Source: an uncultured Bacteroides sp. (GTDB lineage Bacteria > Bacteroidota > Bacteroidia > Bacteroidales > GCA-2748055). From it: a stretch of DNA of 64,000 nucleotides. How positions within the stretch are numbered: the first letter of the stretch is position 1; each line of letters starts with the position of its first letter. Under the pieces are notes generated by a model. It was not told where the DNA came from and searched no databases. It worked only from the letters and a program-made list of their open reading frames with translations. The position numbers and the translations under genes were made by a program. The stretch is from contig CAZCQL010000004.1 of the NCBI GenBank assembly GCA_964500835.1, forward strand, positions 10,590 to 74,589. Direction: 5' to 3'. Shown here piece after piece: positions 1-8,984 of this stretch.

Positions 1-102
1 CAGAATAATGGACTCAATAACGGGGGGGTGGTTACCTGGCTGCTTTACACAAGAAACCATCAAAAACAGGAGCAGAAAAGATATGGTTTGTATCCAATTC
101 AA
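1..102 (-). CDS. 5' part of a lipoprotein (TTG start, runs off the window edge); not in ORF track
   Basis: Minus-strand frame 102->1 reads (M)NWIQTISFLLLFLMVS-C-VKQPGNHPPVIESIIL with no stop: hydrophobic signal plus lipobox Cys. A TAnnTTTG box lies about 30 nt upstream. Confidence 0.6.
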   Translation of the reverse strand, partial: MNWIQTISFLLLFLMVSCVKQPGNHPPVIESIIL

Positions 103-133
103 GATTTGTGTCCAATTTTAAGATATCCTTCTA

Positions 134-141
134 CAAAGATA
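134..141 (-). promoter_or_regulatory. Bacteroidota sigma-70 -7 box (TATCTTTG) for the partial lipoprotein at 1-102
   Basis: Exact TAnnTTTG match on the minus strand, 31 nt upstream of the TTG at 102. Confidence 0.5.
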
Positions 142-211
142 ACTCTTACAGAGTATTATTGTTTATTTGCTCCTCAACCTTCGTATCCTGTTCCAATTGG
201 TAAATCTGCGC

Positions 212-506
212 AGAAATCCAGATAACTACCAGGTTGAACCAGTAAGTATCAATAAGCCAGTTGCCCAGTCTTTATGAAAGTCAGTTCCTGTAGCGTCATC
301 ACATCATCTTCGTTGATAAACTCTATCAAGCGTAGAAATACAATAAATTTCTCGCGTTGTAAAAGGCTTTTATTTATTTCACCGGCAATTCGCTTCAGCC
401 TATCCGAATCTGATAAAGTCTGACTTGAGGGTGAATCACCATCCTCAGACACATTCGCAATAATAGCAAAAAGCTGTAAAAGTGCATTTAAAACTGTCAC
501 CTTCAT
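212..506 (-). pseudogene. Collapsed remnant of an ABCG-like transporter paralogous to 2716-5796
   Basis: MKVTVLNALLQLFAI matches MNDSMLNSLMRLFAI, and LKRIAGEINKSLLQREKFIVFLRLIEF matches ILGICNQIVEELHIRHRFMIILSLIRF. A shifted frame at 271-218 reads RLGNWLIDTYWFNLVVIW, matching the C-terminal RIGNFYVSTVAFNLCAIW (9/18 identical). Confidence 0.75.
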
Positions 507-539
507 GAAGAAGGGTCAGCACTGCACACTGACTGAAAC

Positions 540-1373
540 CTATACAATATCTGCCCGCAGAGTTCCTATTTTTTCAGATATCTTTTCCAGTTGTTCCGCT
601 GTCAAGGCATCTCCCACAGACTCGTAGATATCCTGAAGATCAAATAATCCTTTGAATATAGCCGTAACGTTTTCAAGGTCCTTGACAGGTTCCATCAAAG
701 TAACTAGCTTGTCCAGTGAATTATTCTGATGGGCCAGTATTTTAAGAAATTCTGTATTGTCCCTCGACGTATTTGCAATATTGGTGGTGGTATAGATGCC
801 TTCGATCCAACTTCCGCACACAACCAGGCGAGCCAGGATATCCTGCTGATTCGTTACCAGATAGTTCCAGGTGTCATAAAAAGAGTCAGATACAATATTA
901 ATAACAGAATCCCGTTCATCCAGATTGCGCTCAATCCGATTGGCATAATTCACATTGAACGGCGTGGAGATCCCAAGCTCATCGATCAGGGCTTTGGTGG
1001 CCTCCAGATAGAGCATCGTCCAATGCTTCATCCCATGGGTACTTGCGTAACAAAGGTCTGTCCCAAAAACACCCAGGTTAAGAGCCAGATCACTTTGGGT
1101 AATGTAGTCCCCGGCTTTTCCGGGATCATTCGACAGGTTAAGAATATAGGGTGCACCGGCCTTGTAAACCAATTCAGTAATTTCAAAGGCAGTAGGTATT
1201 GGATATCCGGATAGTTCTTCAATAACTGTTTCTTTATCTTCAGTAACCACTAACGATGAAGCGTCTTCCACCTGATTTTTTTGAGCATTTTTGCATCCAG
1301 CAAGGGTGAATAGTATTACTGCTATAATTCCAAAGATGGGTAACAAGGAACGGATTGTTGTTGCCTTTTTCAT
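540..1373 (-). CDS. All-helical Bacteroidota lipoprotein of unknown function, paralog of 5857-6786
   Basis: Signal peptide with lipobox LAG-C. Shares NLG(V/I)(F/Y)xTDLxYA, YLExxxxLxxE(L/I)xI and Gx(W/F)xE motifs with 5857-6786. Confidence 0.85.
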   Translation of the reverse strand: MKKATTIRSLLPIFGIIAVILFTLAGCKNAQKNQVEDASSLVVTEDKETVIEELSGYPIPTAFEITELVYKAGAPYILNLSNDPGKAGDYITQSDLALNLGVFGTDLCYASTHGMKHWTMLYLEATKALIDELGISTPFNVNYANRIERNLDERDSVINIVSDSFYDTWNYLVTNQQDILARLVVCGSWIEGIYTTTNIANTSRDNTEFLKILAHQNNSLDKLVTLMEPVKDLENVTAIFKGLFDLQDIYESVGDALTAEQLEKISEKIGTLRADIV

Positions 1374-1540
1374 GATTTAGGTAATTATGTTTTTGATTTA
1401 TAGGTTACAATGGTCATGACAAGATATAAAAATCAAGATTGAATTAAAAATATAACACTAATAAGATGACTGTTGATATTATTCATTCTTTTTAACAGAA
1501 CATCTATCGATTGCAGCATGCGGGGCTTAGGATTTTCACT

Positions 1541-1548
1541 TATCTTTG
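1541..1548 (+). promoter_or_regulatory. Bacteroidota -7 box (TATCTTTG) for the response regulator/ABC operon
   Basis: Exact TAnnTTTG, 34 nt upstream of ATG 1583; supports 1583 over the 1511 TTG as start. Confidence 0.55.
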
Positions 1549-1582
1549 TAGAAGCTATTCAACCCTTTTAAAATTTAGACCT

Positions 1583-2695
1583 ATGGCCGTGGAAAAGCCT
1601 ACAGTTCTTTATGTGGATGATGTTCCCATGAACCTGAAATTGTTTGAAGCAACTTTCAGAAATGATTTTGATCTCATCCTTACCGAGTACCCAAAAGAGG
1701 TGCTTAATATCCTGGACGATAGGGATGTACAGGTGCTAATATCTGATCAACGCATGCCGGAAATGACTGGTATTGAGTTGCTTAGTACAGTCGCCCAGGA
1801 GTACCCTAATATCCGGAGGTTTCTGTTGACTGCCTTTACTGATGCCGAAACCGTAATCGAAGCAGTAAATAAGGGCCGCATTCATGGGTACATTAAGAAA
1901 CCCCTCAACGCCGATGAAATCAGGCAGTCAATACACAGCTCCCTCGAGGTTTATTATCTCAAAGAAAAGAACCAACAGATCCTTGAAGAGCTCGAGAATG
2001 TCAACAAGGAATTGCTAAACCTGGATGGCCTTAAATCTGAAATTATCAACTCCATCAGTAGTGAAATCAGTACCCCTCTTAACAGGATTATGGGGACACT
2101 TCATTTGCTTAAGTCCAAGATTGAAGGTGATGAACTCTCTGAGGTGGTCAACATCCTGGACCAATCGGTGTTTAAACTTGAGCAATTTTCGTTGATGGCT
2201 AAGCAGATCTCATTAATAAAATCTCCAGGGTTTAAACTCAAATTGAGCAATGTTTCCATAAAACAGGTGATTCAGTTTGCGTCTATCGAAACCTCCGAAG
2301 AGTTGAAAGAACAGGGAATCACGCTTAGAAAAGATCCGAAAGCCGCAGGCCATGAAATAGAGGGTGATTCTGCGTTGCTGGTGAGTTGCCTGGTGGGTCT
2401 GATCAGGTTCGCCAAGGAACATACGGAAAACAATGATGTGATCACAGTTGATTCCATCATGCAAGATGGAGTACTTGTCTGCCAGGTGGAAGATCGGGGG
2501 GCCAACTATTCCGAGTCTCAATTTGAAATCCTCTCCCACCATTTCTCTTCAGGTGAAAATTCTCTCAACCTGACTATGGGCATAGGATTGGCCGTTTCGC
2601 TGATGATTATGGAAGCACATAGGGGAAACCTTGTTTTTGAAAAAACCCCGGATAACACGGGTCGCATGAAAATGCTATTTCCAGCACCTGAGTGA
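1583..2695 (+). CDS. Hybrid receiver-HisKA-HATPase protein with degenerate kinase core
   Basis: Receiver: VLYVDD, ISDQRMPEMTG, LLTAF, YIKKP. H-box reads SSEISTPL (no His), N-box VGLIRFAKEH (no Asn), G1 EDRGAN, G2 MGIGLAV. Confidence 0.85.
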   Translation: MAVEKPTVLYVDDVPMNLKLFEATFRNDFDLILTEYPKEVLNILDDRDVQVLISDQRMPEMTGIELLSTVAQEYPNIRRFLLTAFTDAETVIEAVNKGRIHGYIKKPLNADEIRQSIHSSLEVYYLKEKNQQILEELENVNKELLNLDGLKSEIINSISSEISTPLNRIMGTLHLLKSKIEGDELSEVVNILDQSVFKLEQFSLMAKQISLIKSPGFKLKLSNVSIKQVIQFASIETSEELKEQGITLRKDPKAAGHEIEGDSALLVSCLVGLIRFAKEHTENNDVITVDSIMQDGVLVCQVEDRGANYSESQFEILSHHFSSGENSLNLTMGIGLAVSLMIMEAHRGNLVFEKTPDNTGRMKMLFPAPE

Positions 2696-2715
2696 TCAAG
2701 TTAAAATGACACTCC

Positions 2716-5700
2716 ATGAATGATTCCATGCTTAACTCCCTGATGCGCCTGTTTGCCATCCTGGTAAGCATTAACAGGGAGGCTGTGCATCTCTTTGCAC
2801 GAAATTTTGTTGAATCGTTCCTAATCCAGCAATTCAGTCAGAAAGTGGCTGACAAATACCTGCTAATTTTTGACGAATACTGCAAAGATCTGGAACAGTA
2901 CAAAAAGGGGCGAAAGGGGAAAAAAATATCTACCTGGTCGGTTAAAATCCTGGGGATCTGTAACCAGATTGTTGAAGAGCTTCACATCAGGCACCGGTTC
3001 ATGATCATTCTAAGTCTCATAAGGTTTTCCAGGTATTTCTCCGAAAAAGCAAATAACGCTGCTGAGTTTTCCAATACGATTGCAGATGCTGCAAAAACCG
3101 TCTCGGAGGGTTTGCTGATCGAAAACGAGGAATATGAAAACTGTGCTGCCTTTATTATTGACAAATTTTACAATGTTCCCTCTAAGGAAGGCCTGTTGAT
3201 TATCAACGATGATCGCAATTTTATTGAGGGCGGGATCAGGCATGTTCAGAAGGATAAACTATCCGGACAAATCTTTGTATTGAAGATAAAAAGGGCTGAC
3301 ATTTATCTGTTTCAGTATGTGGGGAAAGCCCAGCTCCATTGCAATGGCAAATATATATTCCCCAGGTATGTGTACTTTTTGCCCAGGGGTGGTTCAATTA
3401 CAGGAGAAGGGATATCACCACTCTATTATTCCGATATTGTATCTGGCTATATCACATATGCCCGGGGTCATTCGGTGGATTTTCTCGCCAGGGATATTGA
3501 ATTCCACTTTAGAAACTCTCAGAACGGAATCCAACAGTTTACCTTTCAGGGAAGATCAGGTCAAATGGTGGGAATCATCGGAGGCAGCGGTGCCGGTAAA
3601 TCCACTCTCCTGAAAGTATTAAATGGGACTCTTAAGCTTGACAAGGGTGATATCTACATTAACGGTCACCACCTGGTTGATGAAGCTGAAGAACTGGAAG
3701 GTATCATAGGTTACATTCCTCAGGATGACCTTCTAATGGAGGAGTTAACTGTGTATGAAAACCTCTATTTTAATGCAAAGTTATGCCTGAACGGGCATTC
3801 AGAGGTAGAAATCAATGAAGCGGTTAATGCAGTCCTTACCAACCTCGACCTCTATGAAGCCCGGAAACTGAAGGTGGGTACACCCTTACATAAATACATC
3901 AGCGGAGGCCAGAGAAAGCGTCTGAATATTGCCCTGGAGCTAATCAGAGAACCTAAAATTCTCTTCGTGGATGAACCCACTTCGGGCCTTTCATCCTCTG
4001 ACTCGGAGAATGTAGTTTCTTTATTAAAAGAACAAACCCTAAGTGGAAAACTTGTGCTGGCCAATATCCATCAGCCCTCTTCAAACCTTTTCAAACAGTT
4101 TGACCAGCTGTTAGTGCTGGACAGAGGGGGATACCCTGTCTATTCGGGCAACCCGATCGAGGGGATAACCTATTTTAAGAAATTGGCAGACCGGGTTGAT
4201 GCATCCGAGAGTGAATGTGTCACTTGCGGTCTAACGAACCCGGATGATATTCTGCAGGTAATAGAGGCCAGGGACGTAAACGAAGCAGGTGAATTTACCG
4301 CACACAGGCGAAATTCACCCGACATCTGGTACAAACATTACAAAGAAAAGATAGAAGCGGGGAAAGAGTTCAGATCAGTAAAAACATGGGTTCCCTACAA
4401 TAAGTATTTAATCCCGGGGGCACTCAAACAATATTTTATTTTTTTCAAGCGCAACCTTCTCTCAAAGCTGGCTGACCGTCAATTTATGTCAATTGCACTA
4501 TTTGTTTCACCCCTTTTGGCTTTAATACTCGGATTTTTTTCCAAATATGTTTCAGGAGATGATACGGATCCGCACAGGTACATTTTTAGCCAGAATGATA
4601 ACCTGCCTGCTTATTTATTTATGAGTGTGGTCGTAGCTCTCTTTCTGGGATTGATTGTAGCAGCGGAGGAAATAATAAAGGATCGAAAAATTCAAGAGAG
4701 GGAATCATTCTTAAACCTTAACAGGAGTGCTTATCTGTTGTCGAAAATCTCATTACTGTTTATCCTTTCTGCCTTACAAATGCTGCTGTTTGTGGTTATC
4801 GGGAATCTGATCATGGAAATCAGGGGCATGACATTTACCTCCTGGCTAATCCTGTTTTCCACAGCGTGTTTTGCTAACCTGCTTGGATTAAACATTTCAG
4901 ACGGCTTAAAATCAGTGGTCGCCATTTATGTAATTGTCCCTTTTTTATTGGTGCCCCAAATCCTCCTGGCAGGGGTCATTGTTAAATTCGATAAACTCTA
5001 CTACAAGTTTGCTGACTACCAGGTTGTTCCGGTATCAGGAGATATGATGGCCAGTCGCTGGGCCTATGAAGCTCTGACGGTCAATCAATTTATGAACAAC
5101 AAGTACCAGCGTGATCTTTTTGAAATGGAGATGCTCGAAAGTAATGTAACTTATGACATGCAATTTCTCGTTCCCGCCCTGATTCAGGAGATACAGGACG
5201 CAAAGGAAGGATTAGCCACTAATCCTGAGAATGGGAAATTGGGACCGCAGCTCAGGACCATTCGCAGTGGCTTCTCTACCATCTTCCTCACAAAACCATA
5301 TCCCGGACTGGACAACCTGATTCCTGAACAATTCTCAGCCCAGTCAGGGACTAAAGCCATACAGTGGCTTGAAAAATATAAGTCAGGCTTAACCTCCCAT
5401 AGGCGCAGATTGTCCGTGGCGCGGGATGCCCTGGTGGATTCGCTCCAAATCGTTGCCGGGGGAGCAGAGGAGTACCTGCAACTGAGGAGGAATTATTACA
5501 ATGACCAGGTGGCCGAGCTGGTATTGAATAGAGCCAGTTTACATAAAATTGTAAAAAAGGACGGCCTTCTGATGCGAAAATTGGAGCCCGTATATATGTA
5601 CCCCTCAAAAAATAATGGCCGGGCGCACTTTTACGCTTCCGTTAAACGGATAGGGAACTTTTACGTTTCAACTGTTGCCTTTAATTTGTGTGCAATTTGG

Positions 5701-5796
5701 GTGATGACCATAATCCTCTATTTTTTGCTGAGATATAGTGTATTGCAAAAAGCCACTGGATTTATCGGTGAATTAAGAAACAGGCGCTTCCGCTGA
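2716..5796 (+). CDS. ABCG/White-like ABC exporter: N-terminal helical (TerB-like) domain, NBD, ABC-2 type TMD with large extracytoplasmic loop
   Basis: Walker A GGSGAGKS, signature ISGGQRKR, Walker B ILFVDEPTSGL, H-loop NIHQP, NPDD linker motif, several C-terminal hydrophobic helices including SRWAYEAL. The TerB-like label is inferred from helical pattern only. Confidence 0.9.
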   Translation: MNDSMLNSLMRLFAILVSINREAVHLFARNFVESFLIQQFSQKVADKYLLIFDEYCKDLEQYKKGRKGKKISTWSVKILGICNQIVEELHIRHRFMIILSLIRFSRYFSEKANNAAEFSNTIADAAKTVSEGLLIENEEYENCAAFIIDKFYNVPSKEGLLIINDDRNFIEGGIRHVQKDKLSGQIFVLKIKRADIYLFQYVGKAQLHCNGKYIFPRYVYFLPRGGSITGEGISPLYYSDIVSGYITYARGHSVDFLARDIEFHFRNSQNGIQQFTFQGRSGQMVGIIGGSGAGKSTLLKVLNGTLKLDKGDIYINGHHLVDEAEELEGIIGYIPQDDLLMEELTVYENLYFNAKLCLNGHSEVEINEAVNAVLTNLDLYEARKLKVGTPLHKYISGGQRKRLNIALELIREPKILFVDEPTSGLSSSDSENVVSLLKEQTLSGKLVLANIHQPSSNLFKQFDQLLVLDRGGYPVYSGNPIEGITYFKKLADRVDASESECVTCGLTNPDDILQVIEARDVNEAGEFTAHRRNSPDIWYKHYKEKIEAGKEFRSVKTWVPYNKYLIPGALKQYFIFFKRNLLSKLADRQFMSIALFVSPLLALILGFFSKYVSGDDTDPHRYIFSQNDNLPAYLFMSVVVALFLGLIVAAEEIIKDRKIQERESFLNLNRSAYLLSKISLLFILSALQMLLFVVIGNLIMEIRGMTFTSWLILFSTACFANLLGLNISDGLKSVVAIYVIVPFLLVPQILLAGVIVKFDKLYYKFADYQVVPVSGDMMASRWAYEALTVNQFMNNKYQRDLFEMEMLESNVTYDMQFLVPALIQEIQDAKEGLATNPENGKLGPQLRTIRSGFSTIFLTKPYPGLDNLIPEQFSAQSGTKAIQWLEKYKSGLTSHRRRLSVARDALVDSLQIVAGGAEEYLQLRRNYYNDQVAELVLNRASLHKIVKKDGLLMRKLEPVYMYPSKNNGRAHFYASVKRIGNFYVSTVAFNLCAIWVMTIILYFLLRYSVLQKATGFIGELRNRRFR

Positions 5797-5856
5797 GGTA
5801 TTATTAATAATTTTGACTTAAATTGTAAAATGGATTCAATCATAAAAAACAATGCC

Positions 5857-6786
5857 ATGAGATTAATACAAGTTACACAACCGCTTAGTACACTGATGAT
5901 CATAGCTCTTTTCTGCTCCGGATGTCAGTCCGGAAACCGGGGAACACCCCCGATTATCGATGATGTAGACGCTGCTGATCCTTCCGCTGGGATTGAATCG
6001 TTCAGTCAGATTTACCATTTATATCCCTCTCCCGGGGAAATGCTCAGCATCATAGATATGGCTGAAATGGCTTACGACGGGAATCTATTGAATCCAGCTG
6101 GTGATGCTGATAGGTATCTGGAAACCAGGTCAAAGACGTACAATCTCGGAATATACATGACCGATCTGGCCTATGCTGCATTGTTCGGAAGGCATGAGGC
6201 TACGCTGAACTATCTTGAGGTTGTCAGAACCCTGTCCGAGGAGATTCGGATTGACAAAGCCGTGGACGATCAAATGATTGAGAAAGCGAAGAACAATGTG
6301 GAATACCTGGATTCTCTTTATAATATATCCAACGAAGCATTTATGAATATTCTATCCTTCTGTGAAAGAAATGAGCGCTCCAATACGGTAGTCATGCTCT
6401 CGGCAGGAGCTTTCACCGAAAGTCTGTTCCTCGCTGTGAATTTGATTGATAACTATGAGAAGGCCGATTACCTTTTACAACACCTTGCGGACCAAAAGTA
6501 TACCATTGATAACTTCATGGCCTTCGCAGCAAGTTTAAAATCAGATGACCCTAATGTAGCAGCCACCATGGATGATCTGAAGAAAATCCATGAAATCTAC
6601 AATAGGATCGATCCCGGCTCAGGGGCCGTTACCATCAAGAAAGAAAGCGAATCTGACGAGCAGAAAACAAAAAAACTTGTGATCGGAGGAGGCAGCAGTG
6701 AGAGCCAGCCCAGGCTGTCCAGGGAAGAATTTGAAATGCTGAAAGAGGCAGTGCTGGAATTAAGAACCAAAATCATAGCAGGCTAA
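5857..6786 (+). CDS. All-helical Bacteroidota lipoprotein of unknown function, paralog of 540-1373
   Basis: MRLIQ start (alternative ATG 5830), lipobox CSG-C, motif NLGIYMTDLAYA shared with 540-1373. Confidence 0.85.
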   Translation: MRLIQVTQPLSTLMIIALFCSGCQSGNRGTPPIIDDVDAADPSAGIESFSQIYHLYPSPGEMLSIIDMAEMAYDGNLLNPAGDADRYLETRSKTYNLGIYMTDLAYAALFGRHEATLNYLEVVRTLSEEIRIDKAVDDQMIEKAKNNVEYLDSLYNISNEAFMNILSFCERNERSNTVVMLSAGAFTESLFLAVNLIDNYEKADYLLQHLADQKYTIDNFMAFAASLKSDDPNVAATMDDLKKIHEIYNRIDPGSGAVTIKKESESDEQKTKKLVIGGGSSESQPRLSREEFEMLKEAVLELRTKIIAG

Positions 6787-6803
6787 CTCAAAAAATACAA
6801 ATT

Positions 6804-7289
6804 ATGAAACTGATCCATGGTATCCCGCTCCTGATTCTCCTGCTTCTCCTGCTTCCTGCTCCTATACATTCACAGAATTGTGTGGATTACCATATCGAAG
6901 GAGATTGCAGGTACGACCTCCAGAGAGGCTTTGAGCTCTATAGCCAATCCAAATCCGCAAGCATTAGTCCCCTCGATACAGTAGAGTTCGATGTGGTATT
7001 TTATGGCCAGAAAGACTACATACTCTCTTTCTGTACTCACCGGAAATTGTATCCTATCCATTTTGTGTTGATCGATCAGCAGACCAGCCAAGTGCTTTAT
7101 GACAATGAAGAAGACAAGTATCTCGAATCCCTGGGTCTGGGATTTGATGTTTCTAAACCACTCATTATTAAGGTTAATGTACTGGCCAGGGAATCATCAG
7201 AAAAGGAATTCAAAGAGAAGCTGGGATGCATTGGGTTCCTGATCCAGTATAAGAAATATCCTAATAAGAAAGTCCAGCTGCAAATGTAA
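6804..7289 (+). CDS. Small secreted beta-rich hypothetical protein
   Basis: Sec signal ending IHS-Q; mature part has 4 Cys (QNCVDYHIEGDC, SFCT, LGCIG); 17 bp downstream of the lipoprotein gene. Confidence 0.8.
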   Translation: MKLIHGIPLLILLLLLLPAPIHSQNCVDYHIEGDCRYDLQRGFELYSQSKSASISPLDTVEFDVVFYGQKDYILSFCTHRKLYPIHFVLIDQQTSQVLYDNEEDKYLESLGLGFDVSKPLIIKVNVLARESSEKEFKEKLGCIGFLIQYKKYPNKKVQLQM

Positions 7290-7381
7290 ATTACCTTCCT
7301 GGTACCCTTCTCCTTAATTGATACAGGTCTTTTGTTTTTGTAACAGTGAATTCCTACTTTTAGTCTCACTATATAGAAATA

Positions 7382-7858
7382 ATGAAAGCAATCTATTTTG
7401 TTCCGGTACTCACTCTGATCTCGGTAGTGAGCTGCCTAAATTTAGAGGAAGAACCGATTCTTCTGATCAATCCAACCACTGTCATTAGCGCTCATATAAA
7501 AAATGAACGGATCTTTGCGACAGCCCTTGTGACGGTAAATCCTCAGGTATTAACCGCTGGCAATATCCCAACTTTATTTGAATTTCTTGGCGAGCTGGCC
7601 ATTTACAATACAATCACAGGCAATATCATCGATGTCAATTCATTCACCGGGGGAGGATTATCACAGGTATATACGGTAACTGCAGATACAGCAACTCACG
7701 ACCGGTTTGTTGTCATAGCCTCAGGAACCATAAATGCGTATGCTGACATTGGTAATGATGCTGATCGATCGAATGATAAGCTGATTTCTTCCGGGGACTT
7801 TTATGAGGAAGCTCAATATTTTATAACTGATATCCTCCCCTCTTCCGATCCAATTTAA
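7382..7858 (+). CDS. Hypothetical lipoprotein
   Basis: Signal with lipobox VVS-C; 158 aa beta-rich ORF on the operon strand. Confidence 0.75.
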   Translation: MKAIYFVPVLTLISVVSCLNLEEEPILLINPTTVISAHIKNERIFATALVTVNPQVLTAGNIPTLFEFLGELAIYNTITGNIIDVNSFTGGGLSQVYTVTADTATHDRFVVIASGTINAYADIGNDADRSNDKLISSGDFYEEAQYFITDILPSSDPI

Positions 7859-8036
7859 CCACTTTTATGCTTTCATGCTTTTCTCCTGACTTTTTTTACT
7901 TTGATTGAATGATCCTTTTATTTGATCATTTTGTTAATTTTATGTGAATGTACTATTTGAACGGAAGGAATTTTTTAAAATTGGTACCTTTCAACTGTTC
8001 ATATCCTTGCTATATGGTATAAGACTGAAATTAAAT

Positions 8037-8972
8037 ATGCCGGTTCAAAAATGCATTAGATACATAGTTATTGGACTGTTGGGACTCCTTCTGAACAACA
8101 CGCTGAAAGCCCAGGTTGTCCCTTCAAAACCGTTGTCAATTCCGGTTTATCATCAGATGGTATTGAATCCTGCCTTTGTTGGAAGCAAAGATTTCACAAA
8201 CATCAGCATTACCTCCAAGATCCTCTCCACTCCAAATAACCAGATCATTAATCTGCACAAGCGGTTGGCAAGTCCGTCCGGGTTTTTTTCAAATATCGGG
8301 ATGGGGACCTATATCTTTCAGGAGCAACTGGATAGCAGTTGGAATGCAGGATTAGCCGTTGCAGGTTCTTACCATTTTGCACTTGATGAAGCAAGTATCC
8401 ACAATTTGGCAGTGGGTCTATCGCTTAAAGGCTTTCTAAATGTGCCTAAGACTTCAGTTGAGGCGCCTGGGGATACTTTGAGCAGCTCATTTAATCCCAA
8501 CTTGGATTTCGGTGTCTATTATTATGGTCCAACAGCTTTTGCGGGACTTTCAGTGACCTCCTTGCTTGGGACAAAACTTTCAAATGAAATAACCGTTAAC
8601 TCAGACGCTTATATTCCAAGGGAATATCATTTTCACGGTGGCTATAAGTTTCTGCTGAGCAAGAGCAATTCGATCGTGCTGGAACCTTCCCTGCTGATCT
8701 CTCTGAACGATTCCACACTTTCTGAGCCTCATAAACACATCGTACCCTATCTGAAAGTATACCTGCAGAATTTTTATGTCGGAACCTATGTGAAGTCCGT
8801 GGACATTTTTGCTCTGTTTTTTCAATACCAGTTCCCCCGGTTTTATACAGGAGTATTCCTTGAATTTCCCAGGGTTGGGTTTCTCAACAATGAAAATATC
8901 ATATTTGAACTTTCTCTGGGTTTGAACCTGGGCCAGGAAGGACAAAAATTTCTGCAATACAGGCACTGGTAA
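8037..8972 (+). CDS. T9SS PorP/SprF family outer-membrane beta-barrel protein
   Basis: Signal ending LKA-Q; YHQMVLNPAFVG, NLDFGVYYY, REYHFHGGYKF and FELSLGLNLG match the PorP/SprF pattern. Start 8037 preferred over GTG 7944. Confidence 0.8.
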   Translation: MPVQKCIRYIVIGLLGLLLNNTLKAQVVPSKPLSIPVYHQMVLNPAFVGSKDFTNISITSKILSTPNNQIINLHKRLASPSGFFSNIGMGTYIFQEQLDSSWNAGLAVAGSYHFALDEASIHNLAVGLSLKGFLNVPKTSVEAPGDTLSSSFNPNLDFGVYYYGPTAFAGLSVTSLLGTKLSNEITVNSDAYIPREYHFHGGYKFLLSKSNSIVLEPSLLISLNDSTLSEPHKHIVPYLKVYLQNFYVGTYVKSVDIFALFFQYQFPRFYTGVFLEFPRVGFLNNENIIFELSLGLNLGQEGQKFLQYRHW

Positions 8973-8984
8973 CAGGATGAAGGG

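Noticed and set aside
28-225. 65-aa plus-strand ORF
   Set aside because: No recognisable motif; antisense to a better-supported lipoprotein start and the ABC remnant.
4210-4235. CVTCG in the ABC transporter as a heme-binding site
   Set aside because: No His after the second Cys and it is predicted cytoplasmic; treated only as a possible metal/redox motif.
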